Source: a virus
DNA length: 52,514 nt
IMG/VR virus record: IMGVR_UViG_3300045988_014767
Span: 1 to 52,514 of that record
Reading direction: 5' to 3' (one strand)
Part shown: positions 1 through 8,210 of the stretch, piece after piece
How the letters are laid out: each line of letters begins with the position of its first letter
Numbering within the stretch: position 1 is the stretch's first letter
Program-made: the position numbers and the translations under genes
The notes under the pieces: generated by a model
What the model was told of the DNA's origin: nothing
What the model saw: the letters and a program-made list of their open reading frames with translations, nothing else
The model's database searches: none

Positions 1-119
1 ATCACGCAACTTGTCGGTCAATTCCTCAACCGCCAACCTGTCATCCTGCTTTCTTGTAAGCAAGCCAAGTTCACGCCCGATTCTGCCAACATGGACATCC
101 AAGGGGATGAACAAAGATG
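1..119. repeat. Terminal direct repeat, left copy (identical to 52396..52514)
   Basis: Base-by-base identity of atcacgcaacttgtcggtcaattcc...gatgaacaaagatg at both ends of the window. Confidence 0.95.
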
Positions 120-702
120 ATGGCTTGACATCATGCCAAATGCCTATATCCACAATGCCATCAGCACGAACCAACCAACGCAACATAAGGTTGAACCGCT
201 TGCAAGCCGAACCGCCCTTGTGTCTGTTGATTGCCGGATTTGAAAGATGCTTGGATGGCTTGCCATCATTTGCATGGATAAACAAACTTCGCAAGGTTTC
301 GATGCCTTTCCACATATCGGGTTGCCCTGCAAATGCAAATTCCAAGGAATCCCATTCATTTGATACGTTGAACGCCCATTGCAAGCCCTTGCACATATAT
401 TGCAAATCCCTGCCAAAGAATGTACGGTGGATGTTGATTTCGGGGTCAATCGTTCGCCAACCATCATCCATCACAAAATCATACGGTTGCCCCTCCATTA
501 CATCAAATAGCATCTTTTGGCATCCGTTCAATATCTGCTTTCGGTTGCCCCATGCTATCAACGCACAAAGGAATGCGGCAACCTCAATATCTTGCTGCTC
601 CGTGAACATCCGGGGGAACTTCACGGGGTCATTTTCAATGAATGCCGGGGTGTTGAACCTTTCAACAAGGGCATCCAATTTGGCTTTCAATTCTTTATTC
701 AT
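1..702 (-). CDS. TIGR02757/DUF2400 family protein (HhH-GPD-like), N-terminal part; the gene wraps the circular junction and ends at 52318
   Basis: Hand translation from ATG at 702 is open to position 1: MNKELKAKLDALVERFNTPAFIENDPVKFPRMF...GGSACKRFNLMLRWLVRADGIVDIGIWHDVKPSSLFIPLDVHVGR... It joins in frame to the 52318..52514 ORF (260 codons in total). The SACKR-LRW-VR and PLDxHV blocks are typical of the family. Confidence 0.75.
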   Translation of the reverse strand, partial: MNKELKAKLDALVERFNTPAFIENDPVKFPRMFTEQQDIEVAAFLCALIAWGNRKQILNGCQKMLFDVMEGQPYDFVMDDGWRTIDPEINIHRTFFGRDLQYMCKGLQWAFNVSNEWDSLEFAFAGQPDMWKGIETLRSLFIHANDGKPSKHLSNPAINRHKGGSACKRFNLMLRWLVRADGIVDIGIWHDVKPSSLFIPLDVHVGRIGRELGLLTRKQDDRLAVEELTDKLRD

Positions 703-761
703 TGTTGCGATTGTTTGCCCCACCGCTCCACATGGTTTTCATGGGAACGGTGGGATTGTGT

Positions 762-1496
762 TTATACTTCAATGATTGCTATATCCGGGGCAATCTGTTT
801 GATTGCTTCCAACTGTTCATCAATAGCCTTGTCCCTCAATTCTTCAATGGTTGCTTGCGCTCCCGGTGACAAAAGCACGAATGCCACTTCACGCCCATCA
901 ATCTTTGCAAAGGTTTCCACCTCCAATGATTCAGGCTTGCCGCCTTTGAAAATGGGGATGTTAAGGTTGAACACCTTGGGCAAGTTTGAATTAACCGTTT
1001 GGGCAAAGTTATCCTTGCGGTTGCCATTCTCTTGAACTTCACGTTCAATCTGGTGGTTCACGGTTGCCGTGAAATTCATCAGCTTTGAAACAAGTTCCAT
1101 GTTTGTTCCCTTGTCGCCAAAAAAGGCACGGTTCATCTTCACGAACAACCCAAGTTCAGTAGGCGACCAAACTTTGCCCGTATTGATACCAAACTCAATA
1201 AACTTGGGATGATATTGCAGTTTGCCGACAACAACGCCACGTTTGTATTCATCGGATTCATTCACAACCAAGGAAATCTTAATTTCCTCACGGTTTACGA
1301 TGATATGGCAATCCTTTTGCTCAAATTGCCCTGCATTGATACGTTTGTTCAAGAACTCACATGGGGCGGTAATAATGCCCTCGATGTTGATTTTCACGGG
1401 TGCTTTGGGGTCAAGCACTTTGGGGGCTGCTCCCTCTCGCAAAATGATTTCATTTTGTCCGGGTGCAAGGTTGATAACCATTTTTTCGTTCTGCAT
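762..1496 (-). CDS. Hypothetical early protein (244 aa)
   Basis: Long ORF co-oriented with and tightly packed against its neighbours. No motif recognised with confidence. Confidence 0.6.
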   Translation of the reverse strand: MQNEKMVINLAPGQNEIILREGAAPKVLDPKAPVKINIEGIITAPCEFLNKRINAGQFEQKDCHIIVNREEIKISLVVNESDEYKRGVVVGKLQYHPKFIEFGINTGKVWSPTELGLFVKMNRAFFGDKGTNMELVSKLMNFTATVNHQIEREVQENGNRKDNFAQTVNSNLPKVFNLNIPIFKGGKPESLEVETFAKIDGREVAFVLLSPGAQATIEELRDKAIDEQLEAIKQIAPDIAIIEV

Positions 1497-1507
1497 AATG
1501 ATGATAT

Positions 1508-1957
1508 TTAATTGTTAGTACATGTTTTATCTGCTTGATTGAAACCACGAACTGCAAAAAGGGTTGGTTGCATTTCATCCGCCGTTGCCGGGCGTTCCTC
1601 CACCAAATCACCCTCCTTATTGTAGAACTCCGTTGTTTTTGTTTCTTGGTCTGTGAAACGGTAACATGGTTCATGCACATATTCGGCTTTTGCCTTGATG
1701 TTAGAAACCATGTTGGCACGGGCTTCTTTCAAGGGTTTCAACCTGCCCTTGTATTTGGATTGCACCTCTTTCAATTCCGCTTCAATCTCTGCAATCTCAA
1801 TGGACACGTTGGCAAGTTTTTCTTTGTGTCCTTGCAACTGCTCCGGGGTATATGCTTTCATGTACCCCTTGTTTTCCACGCCATCCGCATTGTCCTTGAT
1901 GAATTGTTCACGTTGGATGGGATTTGCAATGTCTTTCCCGATTGTTTTGTTGCTCAT
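1508..1957 (-). CDS. Hypothetical coiled-coil protein (149 aa)
   Basis: ORF preceded 9 nt upstream by the recurrent 17-mer motif. Central heptad-like KE-rich segment. Confidence 0.6.
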   Translation of the reverse strand: MSNKTIGKDIANPIQREQFIKDNADGVENKGYMKAYTPEQLQGHKEKLANVSIEIAEIEAELKEVQSKYKGRLKPLKEARANMVSNIKAKAEYVHEPCYRFTDQETKTTEFYNKEGDLVEERPATADEMQPTLFAVRGFNQADKTCTNN

Positions 1958-1966
1958 ACTTCTTTT

Positions 1967-1983
1967 GTTTTATAGTGATACAC
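1967..1983 (-). promoter_or_regulatory. Recurrent 17-mer GTGTATCACTATAAAAC (sense = minus), copy 1
   Basis: One of five near-identical copies, each in sense orientation 9-47 nt upstream of a start codon. Confidence 0.5.
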
Positions 1984-2616
1984 TTATTTGTTAAGTAAGA
2001 AAACCTTGTTGTAAAGGTGGGCGAATTGCTTGCCGAATTGTTCGGCTCGCGATTCCGATTTGAAGCAAAGCCGAGAACCGACAGCCGCATGCGCACCCGT
2101 AGCCGCGTTATCCGTAGACGCAGAGACGAAGCCCGCAGCATCATTGTTGTAAATGAACCAAGGGAAATACTTCCATTGATTTCTATTCGAGAAATCAGGC
2201 ACAAAGCCATCTTCCTTGTTCCATGCTTGTGCGATGGTGAACAACTCATTCAAGGCAATCAATGCTTCAATGTGGCTTGGATTAAGGGATTGCACAAGCC
2301 TTGCAACATCTTCAAGCCTTACCGCATTGCGTGATACCACCTTTTGGGCAACGGTGAAATCCATGTTCGGCTTTCCTCCAAGGCGTTCACGTGCCGTTTC
2401 AAAATCGGTGATTATCTCGTTCACCTCTGTTACTTCAACTTCTTCAAGCAAGAAATCAAAGGGTGTCAAGTAATCATCATCATCCACATCCAAATCCTCG
2501 TTGTGGTTGTTGATGTACTCCATCAGTTCTTCCCCGGCTTCCTTGCGGGTTTTATGCGTGGCAACCATGCAATCTTGTTCGCTGCCATCCGCATATTTGA
2601 TTATAAACTTTTTCAT
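1984..2616 (-). CDS. DGR target protein 2 (210 aa): acidic N-terminal half, VR2 in the C-terminal region
   Basis: C-terminus ...AAGFVSASTDNAATGAHAAVGSRLCF... is encoded by VR2, which matches the TR except at TR adenines. No signal peptide or TM segment seen. Confidence 0.8.
   Translation of the reverse strand: MKKFIIKYADGSEQDCMVATHKTRKEAGEELMEYINNHNEDLDVDDDDYLTPFDFLLEEVEVTEVNEIITDFETARERLGGKPNMDFTVAQKVVSRNAVRLEDVARLVQSLNPSHIEALIALNELFTIAQAWNKEDGFVPDFSNRNQWKYFPWFIYNNDAAGFVSASTDNAATGAHAAVGSRLCFKSESRAEQFGKQFAHLYNKVFLLNK
2042..2056 (-). promoter_or_regulatory. GC hairpin 16 nt 3' of VR2 (GCCGAA-CAA-TTCGGC on the coding strand)
   Basis: 6-bp perfect stem with a 3-nt loop. An analogous hairpin follows VR1. 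Confidence 0.5.
2073..2149 (-). repeat. DGR variable repeat VR2 (77 nt, matches TR 14949..15025)
   Basis: Hand alignment gives 16 differences, all where the TR has plus-strand T (coding-strand A). Confidence 0.8.
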
Positions 2617-2625
2617 GTCTGAAAA

Positions 2626-3369
2626 TTAAAATGGTGATTTATTGAAATTGATTTTCATTCCCGGTGTGGCAATGGAAACCGTTTTGTGTGTTGCTTCCTG
2701 TATGCCATCTTTGAACTCCTTGGCGTTGGCATTACCATCGGAAAGGTGTATCAATACGATGTTATGGACTTGGGACAAATCATTTGCAAGCAAGATTTCC
2801 TTGCACGTGTCAAAGCTGCAATGGCTTTTCATTGTTCTTGCCCTTAACTTGGCTGGCAACAATCCGGCTTCCACATTCGCATCCAAAATGTCTTGTCGGT
2901 AGTTGCATTCAAGCATGATGTTGTTAAGCCCATCAAACATGTATTGCAGATAATAAGTATCAGTTGCAAACAACACCGTGCCACATTCGGGATTTGCGAT
3001 AAGAAACCCGAAAGGTTCATTGGCATCATGTTCAACCTTGAATGGTTGCACTGCAAATTGCGATGAAAGGACATATAAAACACCCTCATCCATTACTTTC
3101 ACCATCGGTTGTGCTTCCAAACCAAGGGCAATGCACGTTCCTTGTGACATATAGCAAGGTATCATGGCATCAAGGCATTTACGCACGTGTTTGGAATGGT
3201 CACCGTGTTCATGGGATATTATGCAAGCCTTGATGCGTTGGATGTCAAAATCCACCGCCTTTTGCACTTCCTTGAACGCAACACCACATTCAATCATCAA
3301 TGCTTCTTTGCCATTGTCCAACAAATAGCAATTGCCCTTGCTGCTTGAACCTAAAATCTTCAATTCCAT
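2626..3369 (-). CDS. MBL-fold metallo-hydrolase (likely nuclease)
   Basis: HxHxDH motif (SHEHGDH). N-terminal KILGSSSKGNCYLL is typical of the beta-lactamase fold. Confidence 0.75.
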   Translation of the reverse strand: MELKILGSSSKGNCYLLDNGKEALMIECGVAFKEVQKAVDFDIQRIKACIISHEHGDHSKHVRKCLDAMIPCYMSQGTCIALGLEAQPMVKVMDEGVLYVLSSQFAVQPFKVEHDANEPFGFLIANPECGTVLFATDTYYLQYMFDGLNNIMLECNYRQDILDANVEAGLLPAKLRARTMKSHCSFDTCKEILLANDLSQVHNIVLIHLSDGNANAKEFKDGIQEATHKTVSIATPGMKINFNKSPF

Positions 3370-3388
3370 GTTCCTTTCGGGTTAATTG

Positions 3389-4369
3389 TTAGAACCCCGG
3401 ATTTGGGGCTTTATTTTCGTTCTCTGCTGCCTTTGCGGTTTCCGTGGGCGTTTCATTTGGCGTGTCGCTTTCGTGCTTAATTTCGCCCGTTTCCGTGTCC
3501 ACAACGGTTTTTTCTCCACCATCATTGCCGGATGTCGGCATATCAAGTGATATGCGCTTGCGGTTAGCATTTTCAGCTTTTTCACGCTCCACCTGTTCCG
3601 TTACATCATCATAATCGGTGTAAATGTCTTGTTGTTCCTCCACGGTACGCATTCCCATTGAAAGTTCCGGGGCATAAGCATTTGTCCACATGGATGCCGC
3701 ACGGTACATCAGCATTTGGCGTGTCATTGTCTGCCACTTGCTGCCATTCTTGGTGTACCATCCCTCTTGTATGGCAAGGCGAACGGAAACGGGGGCGGAT
3801 TCCAACACATTTTCCGAACCTTTCTTGGTGGTGAATGCCACACATTCGATGTCGTGTATCTTTCTGCCATCAAACTGCTTGTTGATGGCTTCCTTGCAAC
3901 GCTTGCTTGGGTTATACACGTAATCGGTATAATCCACCATGCCCAATGCCCCCTTGTCGGTGAACTTGAATTGCAAAGGCTCAAAACGCCCACAAGAATT
4001 GACCGTTGCAATCAGGAACTTTGATGACCACGATGGGCGTCCATAGATAACCGCCATATTCTGCATTACCATCAAAGGGGATGCCCCTATTCGTGTTGAT
4101 ACTTCTACGGCAATCATGCAATTGGCAACCGCCTTGGAACGGGCGGCGGCATTCTCGGCTTGAACCGCTTGCATAACGGCTTCGGATGCTCCTGCCGGAA
4201 TGGGTTTGATAACTGCCCTGTATGTGTCGGGTACAAGGTCACTTGATGCAAACATTTGGCATACTCGTTGCATCGTGTCAAACTGCACGGGGTCAAAGAA
4301 ATTAAACCCTGTTTGTGTGGCTGGCTGCATGGCAACCGTGCCACCATTTGTTTTTTGTAATTCGTTCAT
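3389..4369 (-). CDS. RecT-like single-strand annealing protein
   Basis: Size, position between the ATPase and the nuclease, and RecT-like central/C-terminal blocks (...VIYGRPSWSSKF..., ...MLMYRAASMW...). Charged, low-complexity C-terminal tail. Confidence 0.55.
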   Translation of the reverse strand: MNELQKTNGGTVAMQPATQTGFNFFDPVQFDTMQRVCQMFASSDLVPDTYRAVIKPIPAGASEAVMQAVQAENAAARSKAVANCMIAVEVSTRIGASPLMVMQNMAVIYGRPSWSSKFLIATVNSCGRFEPLQFKFTDKGALGMVDYTDYVYNPSKRCKEAINKQFDGRKIHDIECVAFTTKKGSENVLESAPVSVRLAIQEGWYTKNGSKWQTMTRQMLMYRAASMWTNAYAPELSMGMRTVEEQQDIYTDYDDVTEQVEREKAENANRKRISLDMPTSGNDGGEKTVVDTETGEIKHESDTPNETPTETAKAAENENKAPNPGF

Positions 4370-6330
4370 TGTATTGTTAATTTGTTGTCGTTTGTAACGA
4401 CAAGGTTTATAATTTGGCTTGCTACCGGGATGATTTCATTTACACTTTCTCGGTTGTCAATAAAGATAGGGGCACAAATGCCATAGAAATCACAAAGGGC
4501 GTTTATGATGTCCAATCCGGCATTCACTTGTCCTGCTGTGTTCGCACTTCCATAAGGTACACCATCAACCAAAGGGATGCAAGTTTCAACCGGGTTGCCA
4601 TCCAAGGTGTATTCAAACAAGCGGAATGTTACGAACTTGAACTTTGCGTTGATACGTTTTTCGCATTCCTCAATCTTGGTTTTGGTGAATTGCTCAACCG
4701 TGTATTCTTCTTTTTCGATGTCGGCAATCTGCTGTGCAAGTTCCTTTCCATGCACTTCAAGGGCTTCAATCTCCTTGTGGCAACGCTCGATTGCACCACG
4801 TTTCGCAATGCGTGTGGATATGGCGTTTCGTTTCAACTGCCAATCTGCCTTTTGTTTCTTCAACTCGGTTGTGTCAATCCCCTTGTTGTCGGTTATGATG
4901 GTGGATTGGATGTTTTCAATCTCTTGCATCTTTGCCATATATTCGGGGATTGATTCGGGTTTTATATCCAAAACCGGGACAACCGGGATGGCTTCAAGTT
5001 CCACTTGCTTCTTTGCCAAATCTTCTTTCAGCTTGGCAAGTTCCTTGCGTTGTGTTTCAATGGATGCTTGTATGGTTTCAACCTCTGCATTCATCATTTG
5101 CACTTGTTCGCCCAACTCTTTGCCCTTGGTTGTTATGGCATTCATCTTTTCACTCTTGGTGTTATTGAATATTTCCTTTGCCTTGGCAACCATATCATCG
5201 GGCAATTGTTGTCCGCAATGGGGGCAAGTTGTTTCCCCGGAATACTCCTTTGCATTCTCGGCAAACCATGAGTTGCGCAACGTGTCTTGCTCCGATTTGA
5301 TGGTATCAATACCACGGTGGATTCGTGCGATATTCACTTGTGCGTTATTGGTTTGCTTGACCACATCGGCAATCTCCGCTTCAAGCATCTTGATATTGTT
5401 TTCCAATTCTCGGCGGTTTGCATTGGCTGCAAAGGCATCTTCACGCACCTTGGTTTGTGCTGCAAACATGATTTCTTGGGCTTCATGCTTCAATGTGTTC
5501 ACACGGTTTTGTTTTGCCTGCTCTTGCTCATATTGCTTGCGGATGGCGGCGGTGATGTCGGAAATGCTGTTGTCAATGTCGGCAATCTCCTTGTCAATGC
5601 TTGCCAATTCTGCTTCAAGGGCGGCAAAATCTTCGCTTTCCGGCATCATCTTTTGTGTCTGGTCAATACGTGGTTTGATTTCTTTCAGTTCCTCAACCAA
5701 GCGTTTCTTACGTGCCGAAATTTCCTTTTTGAAATCGGCAAGTGATTTGCCCGAAATCTTATCCATCAGGGCGGCAAACTCCGGCTTGCTTGTCGCAATC
5801 TCGGCATCCGTTACCGCTCCGGCAAGCTGGAACAATTGTTCACGTTGCAATTGCCACTTCATGCCCACGAAAAAGGCGGGATTGGTAAGCATCTTGAAAA
5901 GGTTGGAATCCATGATTTCCTTGATACGTTTGTCGTACTCGGTAACATTCACGGGTGTTTCATTCCACCAACATTCCGTGTGGTTGCCCTTATACACCTG
6001 TTCAACCTGCCCACGGGGTTTCACCCAATCTTCCACGAATGAACGCTTCAAGGTGATTTCCATGCCATCCACATCAATCACACCCGTAACGCTGCACTCG
6101 CATTTGTGTAATTCTTCACCACCCACACGGGTTTTGATTTCATAATCCTTGCGCTCCTTGGCATCCTTGCCGAACAATAGCCAAATAAACGCATCAAAAT
6201 GGCGGCTTTTGCCAAGACCATTGCCGCCGGAAATGGTTGTCACATCGGCATTGAATACCGTTGTGCGTTGCTTTTCCCCCTTAAAGTTGCAAAGGGTAAG
6301 CGATTTCAATGTCACACGTTTCATTGTCAC
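4366..6330 (-). CDS. Rad50/SbcC-like AAA ATPase with long coiled coil and CxxC hook
   Basis: Walker A GGNGLGKS, ~350-aa coiled coil, central CPHCGQ, C-terminal Walker B-like PIFIDNRE. Confidence 0.7.
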   Translation of the reverse strand: MTMKRVTLKSLTLCNFKGEKQRTTVFNADVTTISGGNGLGKSRHFDAFIWLLFGKDAKERKDYEIKTRVGGEELHKCECSVTGVIDVDGMEITLKRSFVEDWVKPRGQVEQVYKGNHTECWWNETPVNVTEYDKRIKEIMDSNLFKMLTNPAFFVGMKWQLQREQLFQLAGAVTDAEIATSKPEFAALMDKISGKSLADFKKEISARKKRLVEELKEIKPRIDQTQKMMPESEDFAALEAELASIDKEIADIDNSISDITAAIRKQYEQEQAKQNRVNTLKHEAQEIMFAAQTKVREDAFAANANRRELENNIKMLEAEIADVVKQTNNAQVNIARIHRGIDTIKSEQDTLRNSWFAENAKEYSGETTCPHCGQQLPDDMVAKAKEIFNNTKSEKMNAITTKGKELGEQVQMMNAEVETIQASIETQRKELAKLKEDLAKKQVELEAIPVVPVLDIKPESIPEYMAKMQEIENIQSTIITDNKGIDTTELKKQKADWQLKRNAISTRIAKRGAIERCHKEIEALEVHGKELAQQIADIEKEEYTVEQFTKTKIEECEKRINAKFKFVTFRLFEYTLDGNPVETCIPLVDGVPYGSANTAGQVNAGLDIINALCDFYGICAPIFIDNRESVNEIIPVASQIINLVVTNDNKLTIQ

Positions 6331-6333
6331 GAA

Positions 6334-6618
6334 TTATTTAGAGTTGTTGAATAATAGCAATGCTTTGTCGGCATCAACCACGATGATACGCCCATGTTGG
6401 GTGATGGCATCATCAATCCGCCCGGATGCCTTGATGCGGTTTGCTGTTGTCATGCTGCAATTGAACAATTGTGCAATCCCGGAAATTCCATACACAAGGC
6501 GTTTCGTTTGCTCCGGTTTTTTTTCAATCACCGGGGCTTGTGCCTTGGCAATCAAATCCATCAGTTGCCCAACGGTTAAATCAATAATCCTTGTTTCTGG
6601 TGTGATTGTGCCAACCAT
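6334..6618 (-). CDS. DUF3853-like HTH DNA-binding protein
   Basis: YGISGIAQLFNCSMTTANRIKASGRIDDAITQHGRIIVVDADKAL resembles the Bacteroidales DUF3853 HTH family. Confidence 0.55.
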   Translation of the reverse strand: MVGTITPETRIIDLTVGQLMDLIAKAQAPVIEKKPEQTKRLVYGISGIAQLFNCSMTTANRIKASGRIDDAITQHGRIIVVDADKALLLFNNSK

Positions 6619-6629
6619 AATTTCATGTT

Positions 6630-6851
6630 TTAATCATCAAACATATCTTCTTCCTCAAAGTAATCAGGAACGGGAATGCTTTGCATTTTCCATCCCGGTA
6701 TTACCACGTTAATCACTTCGATAAGATACACCCACAATGGGGCATCCACTGTTGAACAAAGCAAGCACAAGGCGATACAGAACCACCACACGATTGCTTT
6801 TTGTTTCCACGTTAAACCTTTAAGAAAAAGGGCATCTTTCAATTCTTTCAT
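6630..6851 (-). CDS. Small membrane protein (73 aa, two hydrophobic helices, acidic tail)
   Basis: AIVWWFCIALCLLCS and LWVYLIEVINVVIPGW segments. Confidence 0.5.
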   Translation of the reverse strand: MKELKDALFLKGLTWKQKAIVWWFCIALCLLCSTVDAPLWVYLIEVINVVIPGWKMQSIPVPDYFEEEDMFDD

Positions 6852-6862
6852 TGTTGCGAAAA

Positions 6863-7240
6863 TTAAAATTCATAATCTGTTAATCCATCCGCTTTGCGGC
6901 GGCTGCTCATGCGGCTTACTCTGCACGGGGTGTTGCGAACCCGGATAACCACATTGTCAAATCTCATCATTTGGGGTATCAGCACGGCAAGCAAGCAAAG
7001 TGAAATTATCTTGCGCCTTAATGGTGACAAATCAAATGATATGTGGAATGTCGTGCAAAACCACCACGCGGACAACTCATTTACCTTTTCACACCCGGTT
7101 TTGATGAATATGTTCCGGGCGTGGTTTTCAACTGTACGTTCCGAAATGAAAAGGCGATTTGCAATGTCCTTTTTGCTTGCGCCCCATGCGAACAATTCCG
7201 CAATTTCGGATTCGCGTTTGGTAAGTTTTACGGTTTCCAT
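6863..7240 (-). CDS. LuxR/GerE-type HTH regulator with C-terminal hydrophobic segment
   Basis: LTKRESEIAELFAWGASKKDIANRLFISERTVENHARNIFIKTG is a GerE HTH. The METVK start abuts the upstream stop. A IISLCLLAVLIP segment follows. Confidence 0.65.
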   Translation of the reverse strand: METVKLTKRESEIAELFAWGASKKDIANRLFISERTVENHARNIFIKTGCEKVNELSAWWFCTTFHISFDLSPLRRKIISLCLLAVLIPQMMRFDNVVIRVRNTPCRVSRMSSRRKADGLTDYEF

Positions 7241-7241
7241 A

Positions 7242-7460
7242 TTATTCCCCCCACACGTCTTTGATGCCGTACTTGGCGAATACCTTTTCCACATTGTGCG
7301 CTTCAAGCACATTCGGGATGACATTGCCTTTCAACCGCTGCAAGAACGCCGCGCGCGTTGTTACGTTGAATGCTTCCATCAGTTCACGGCGACATGCCGC
7401 GATGTCCGCTTGGCGCAACTGCAACCAACCCTTGTTAAATGAAAACTGTTCTTTACTCAT
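7242..7460 (-). CDS. Small early protein (72 aa), paralog of the C-terminal domain of the adjacent HNH protein
   Basis: EQFSF..GW.Q.RQ.D...QRL.GN..P...F.K.GI...WG pattern shared with residues ~125-194 of the 7467..8051 product. Confidence 0.6.
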   Translation of the reverse strand: MSKEQFSFNKGWLQLRQADIAACRRELMEAFNVTTRAAFLQRLKGNVIPNVLEAHNVEKVFAKYGIKDVWGE

Positions 7461-7466
7461 ATAATT

Positions 7467-8051
7467 TTAGTTTTGCGGAACTCCCCAAATTTGGGTTATT
7501 CCATGTTTATGAAATATTTCTTCAATCTTCCAATACTCCGTTATCTTGGGTTCTATGTTTCCATATAAGCGTTGATACCATGAAACTTTTTGTTTGAGGT
7601 TCAAGGATGTAAGAATTTCATCCTTTACCTCTTGCAAATCGGATTGGCGAACTTGTGACCATCCAAGCAAGAATGAAAATTGTTCATGCCCCGGAATCAC
7701 TTTGCATCCATCGTAAGCACCAATTTCATACGCTTTCTTTGTGTTATCAGAATATGTAACCCATTCAAGATTATCAACTCGGTTGTTGTGCTTATTTCCA
7801 TCAATATGATTCACGCATGGATAATTATTCGGATTTGGCAAAAATGTTTCAGCAATAATACGGTGTACACAAACATCTTTCCGAACTTTGTTCATATCAT
7901 ACAACTTGGTTATTGTGTAATTATGCCCACCATCTGTTCTTGGAATGCCGATGCGCTTATATGGCTTCCCATTACGGATTTTATATATAAAACCGTATGT
8001 TGATGCCATATACAAGCCCTCATAACCTTTAATTTCCTTAAATTCTTCCAT
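7467..8051 (-). CDS. NUMOD4/HNH homing-type endonuclease fused to a copy of the neighbouring 72-aa domain
   Basis: IKGYEGLY...(NUMOD4-like), VNHIDGNKHNNRVDNLEWVT (HNH_3). C-terminal 70 aa are homologous to the 7242..7460 product. Confidence 0.7.
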   Translation of the reverse strand: MEEFKEIKGYEGLYMASTYGFIYKIRNGKPYKRIGIPRTDGGHNYTITKLYDMNKVRKDVCVHRIIAETFLPNPNNYPCVNHIDGNKHNNRVDNLEWVTYSDNTKKAYEIGAYDGCKVIPGHEQFSFLLGWSQVRQSDLQEVKDEILTSLNLKQKVSWYQRLYGNIEPKITEYWKIEEIFHKHGITQIWGVPQN

Positions 8052-8078
8052 GTATTCTTCAAATTGAGTATTTTTTGC

Positions 8079-8111
8079 TATTTTTGCGAGTTAATTATTT
8101 ATTTACCTTTG
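8079..8111 (+). promoter_or_regulatory. Two plus-strand -7 boxes (TATTTTTG 8079..8086, TACCTTTG 8104..8111) upstream of the XRE regulator
   Basis: Match to the Bacteroides TAnnTTTG consensus in the divergent intergenic region. Confidence 0.45.
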
Positions 8112-8133
8112 CATTGTTTTTAATTCCGTGCTG

Positions 8134-8141
8134 CAAATGTA
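8134..8141 (-). promoter_or_regulatory. Minus-strand -7 box (TACATTTG) for the leftward early operon
   Basis: CAAATGTA on the plus strand is TAnnTTTG on the minus strand. It lies downstream of the rightward boxes, so the transcripts would overlap. Confidence 0.4.
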
Positions 8142-8210
8142 CGGATTAAATTCGGATTGTGCAAACATTATCAGAATTATTTTCGGATTTAATATAAAAA
8201 AGATACGTAT

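Noticed and set aside
1-119. Terminal 119-bp repeat as a physical direct terminal repeat of the virion DNA
   Set aside because: It lies inside a coding sequence and its length equals a common assembler k-mer. TerS plus a ParB-like nuclease gene is compatible with headful packaging. An assembly overlap of a circular or permuted genome is more likely, but this is not excluded without reads.
4577-6145. 522-aa plus-strand ORF, with similar long plus-strand ORFs at 11..775, 24571..25533, 27556..28266 and 46073..46714
   Set aside because: They lie antisense to well-supported minus-strand genes (ATPase, TIGR02757, tape measure and others). Their composition is S/C/F/L-rich and low in complexity, with no motifs. 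They are shadow ORFs.
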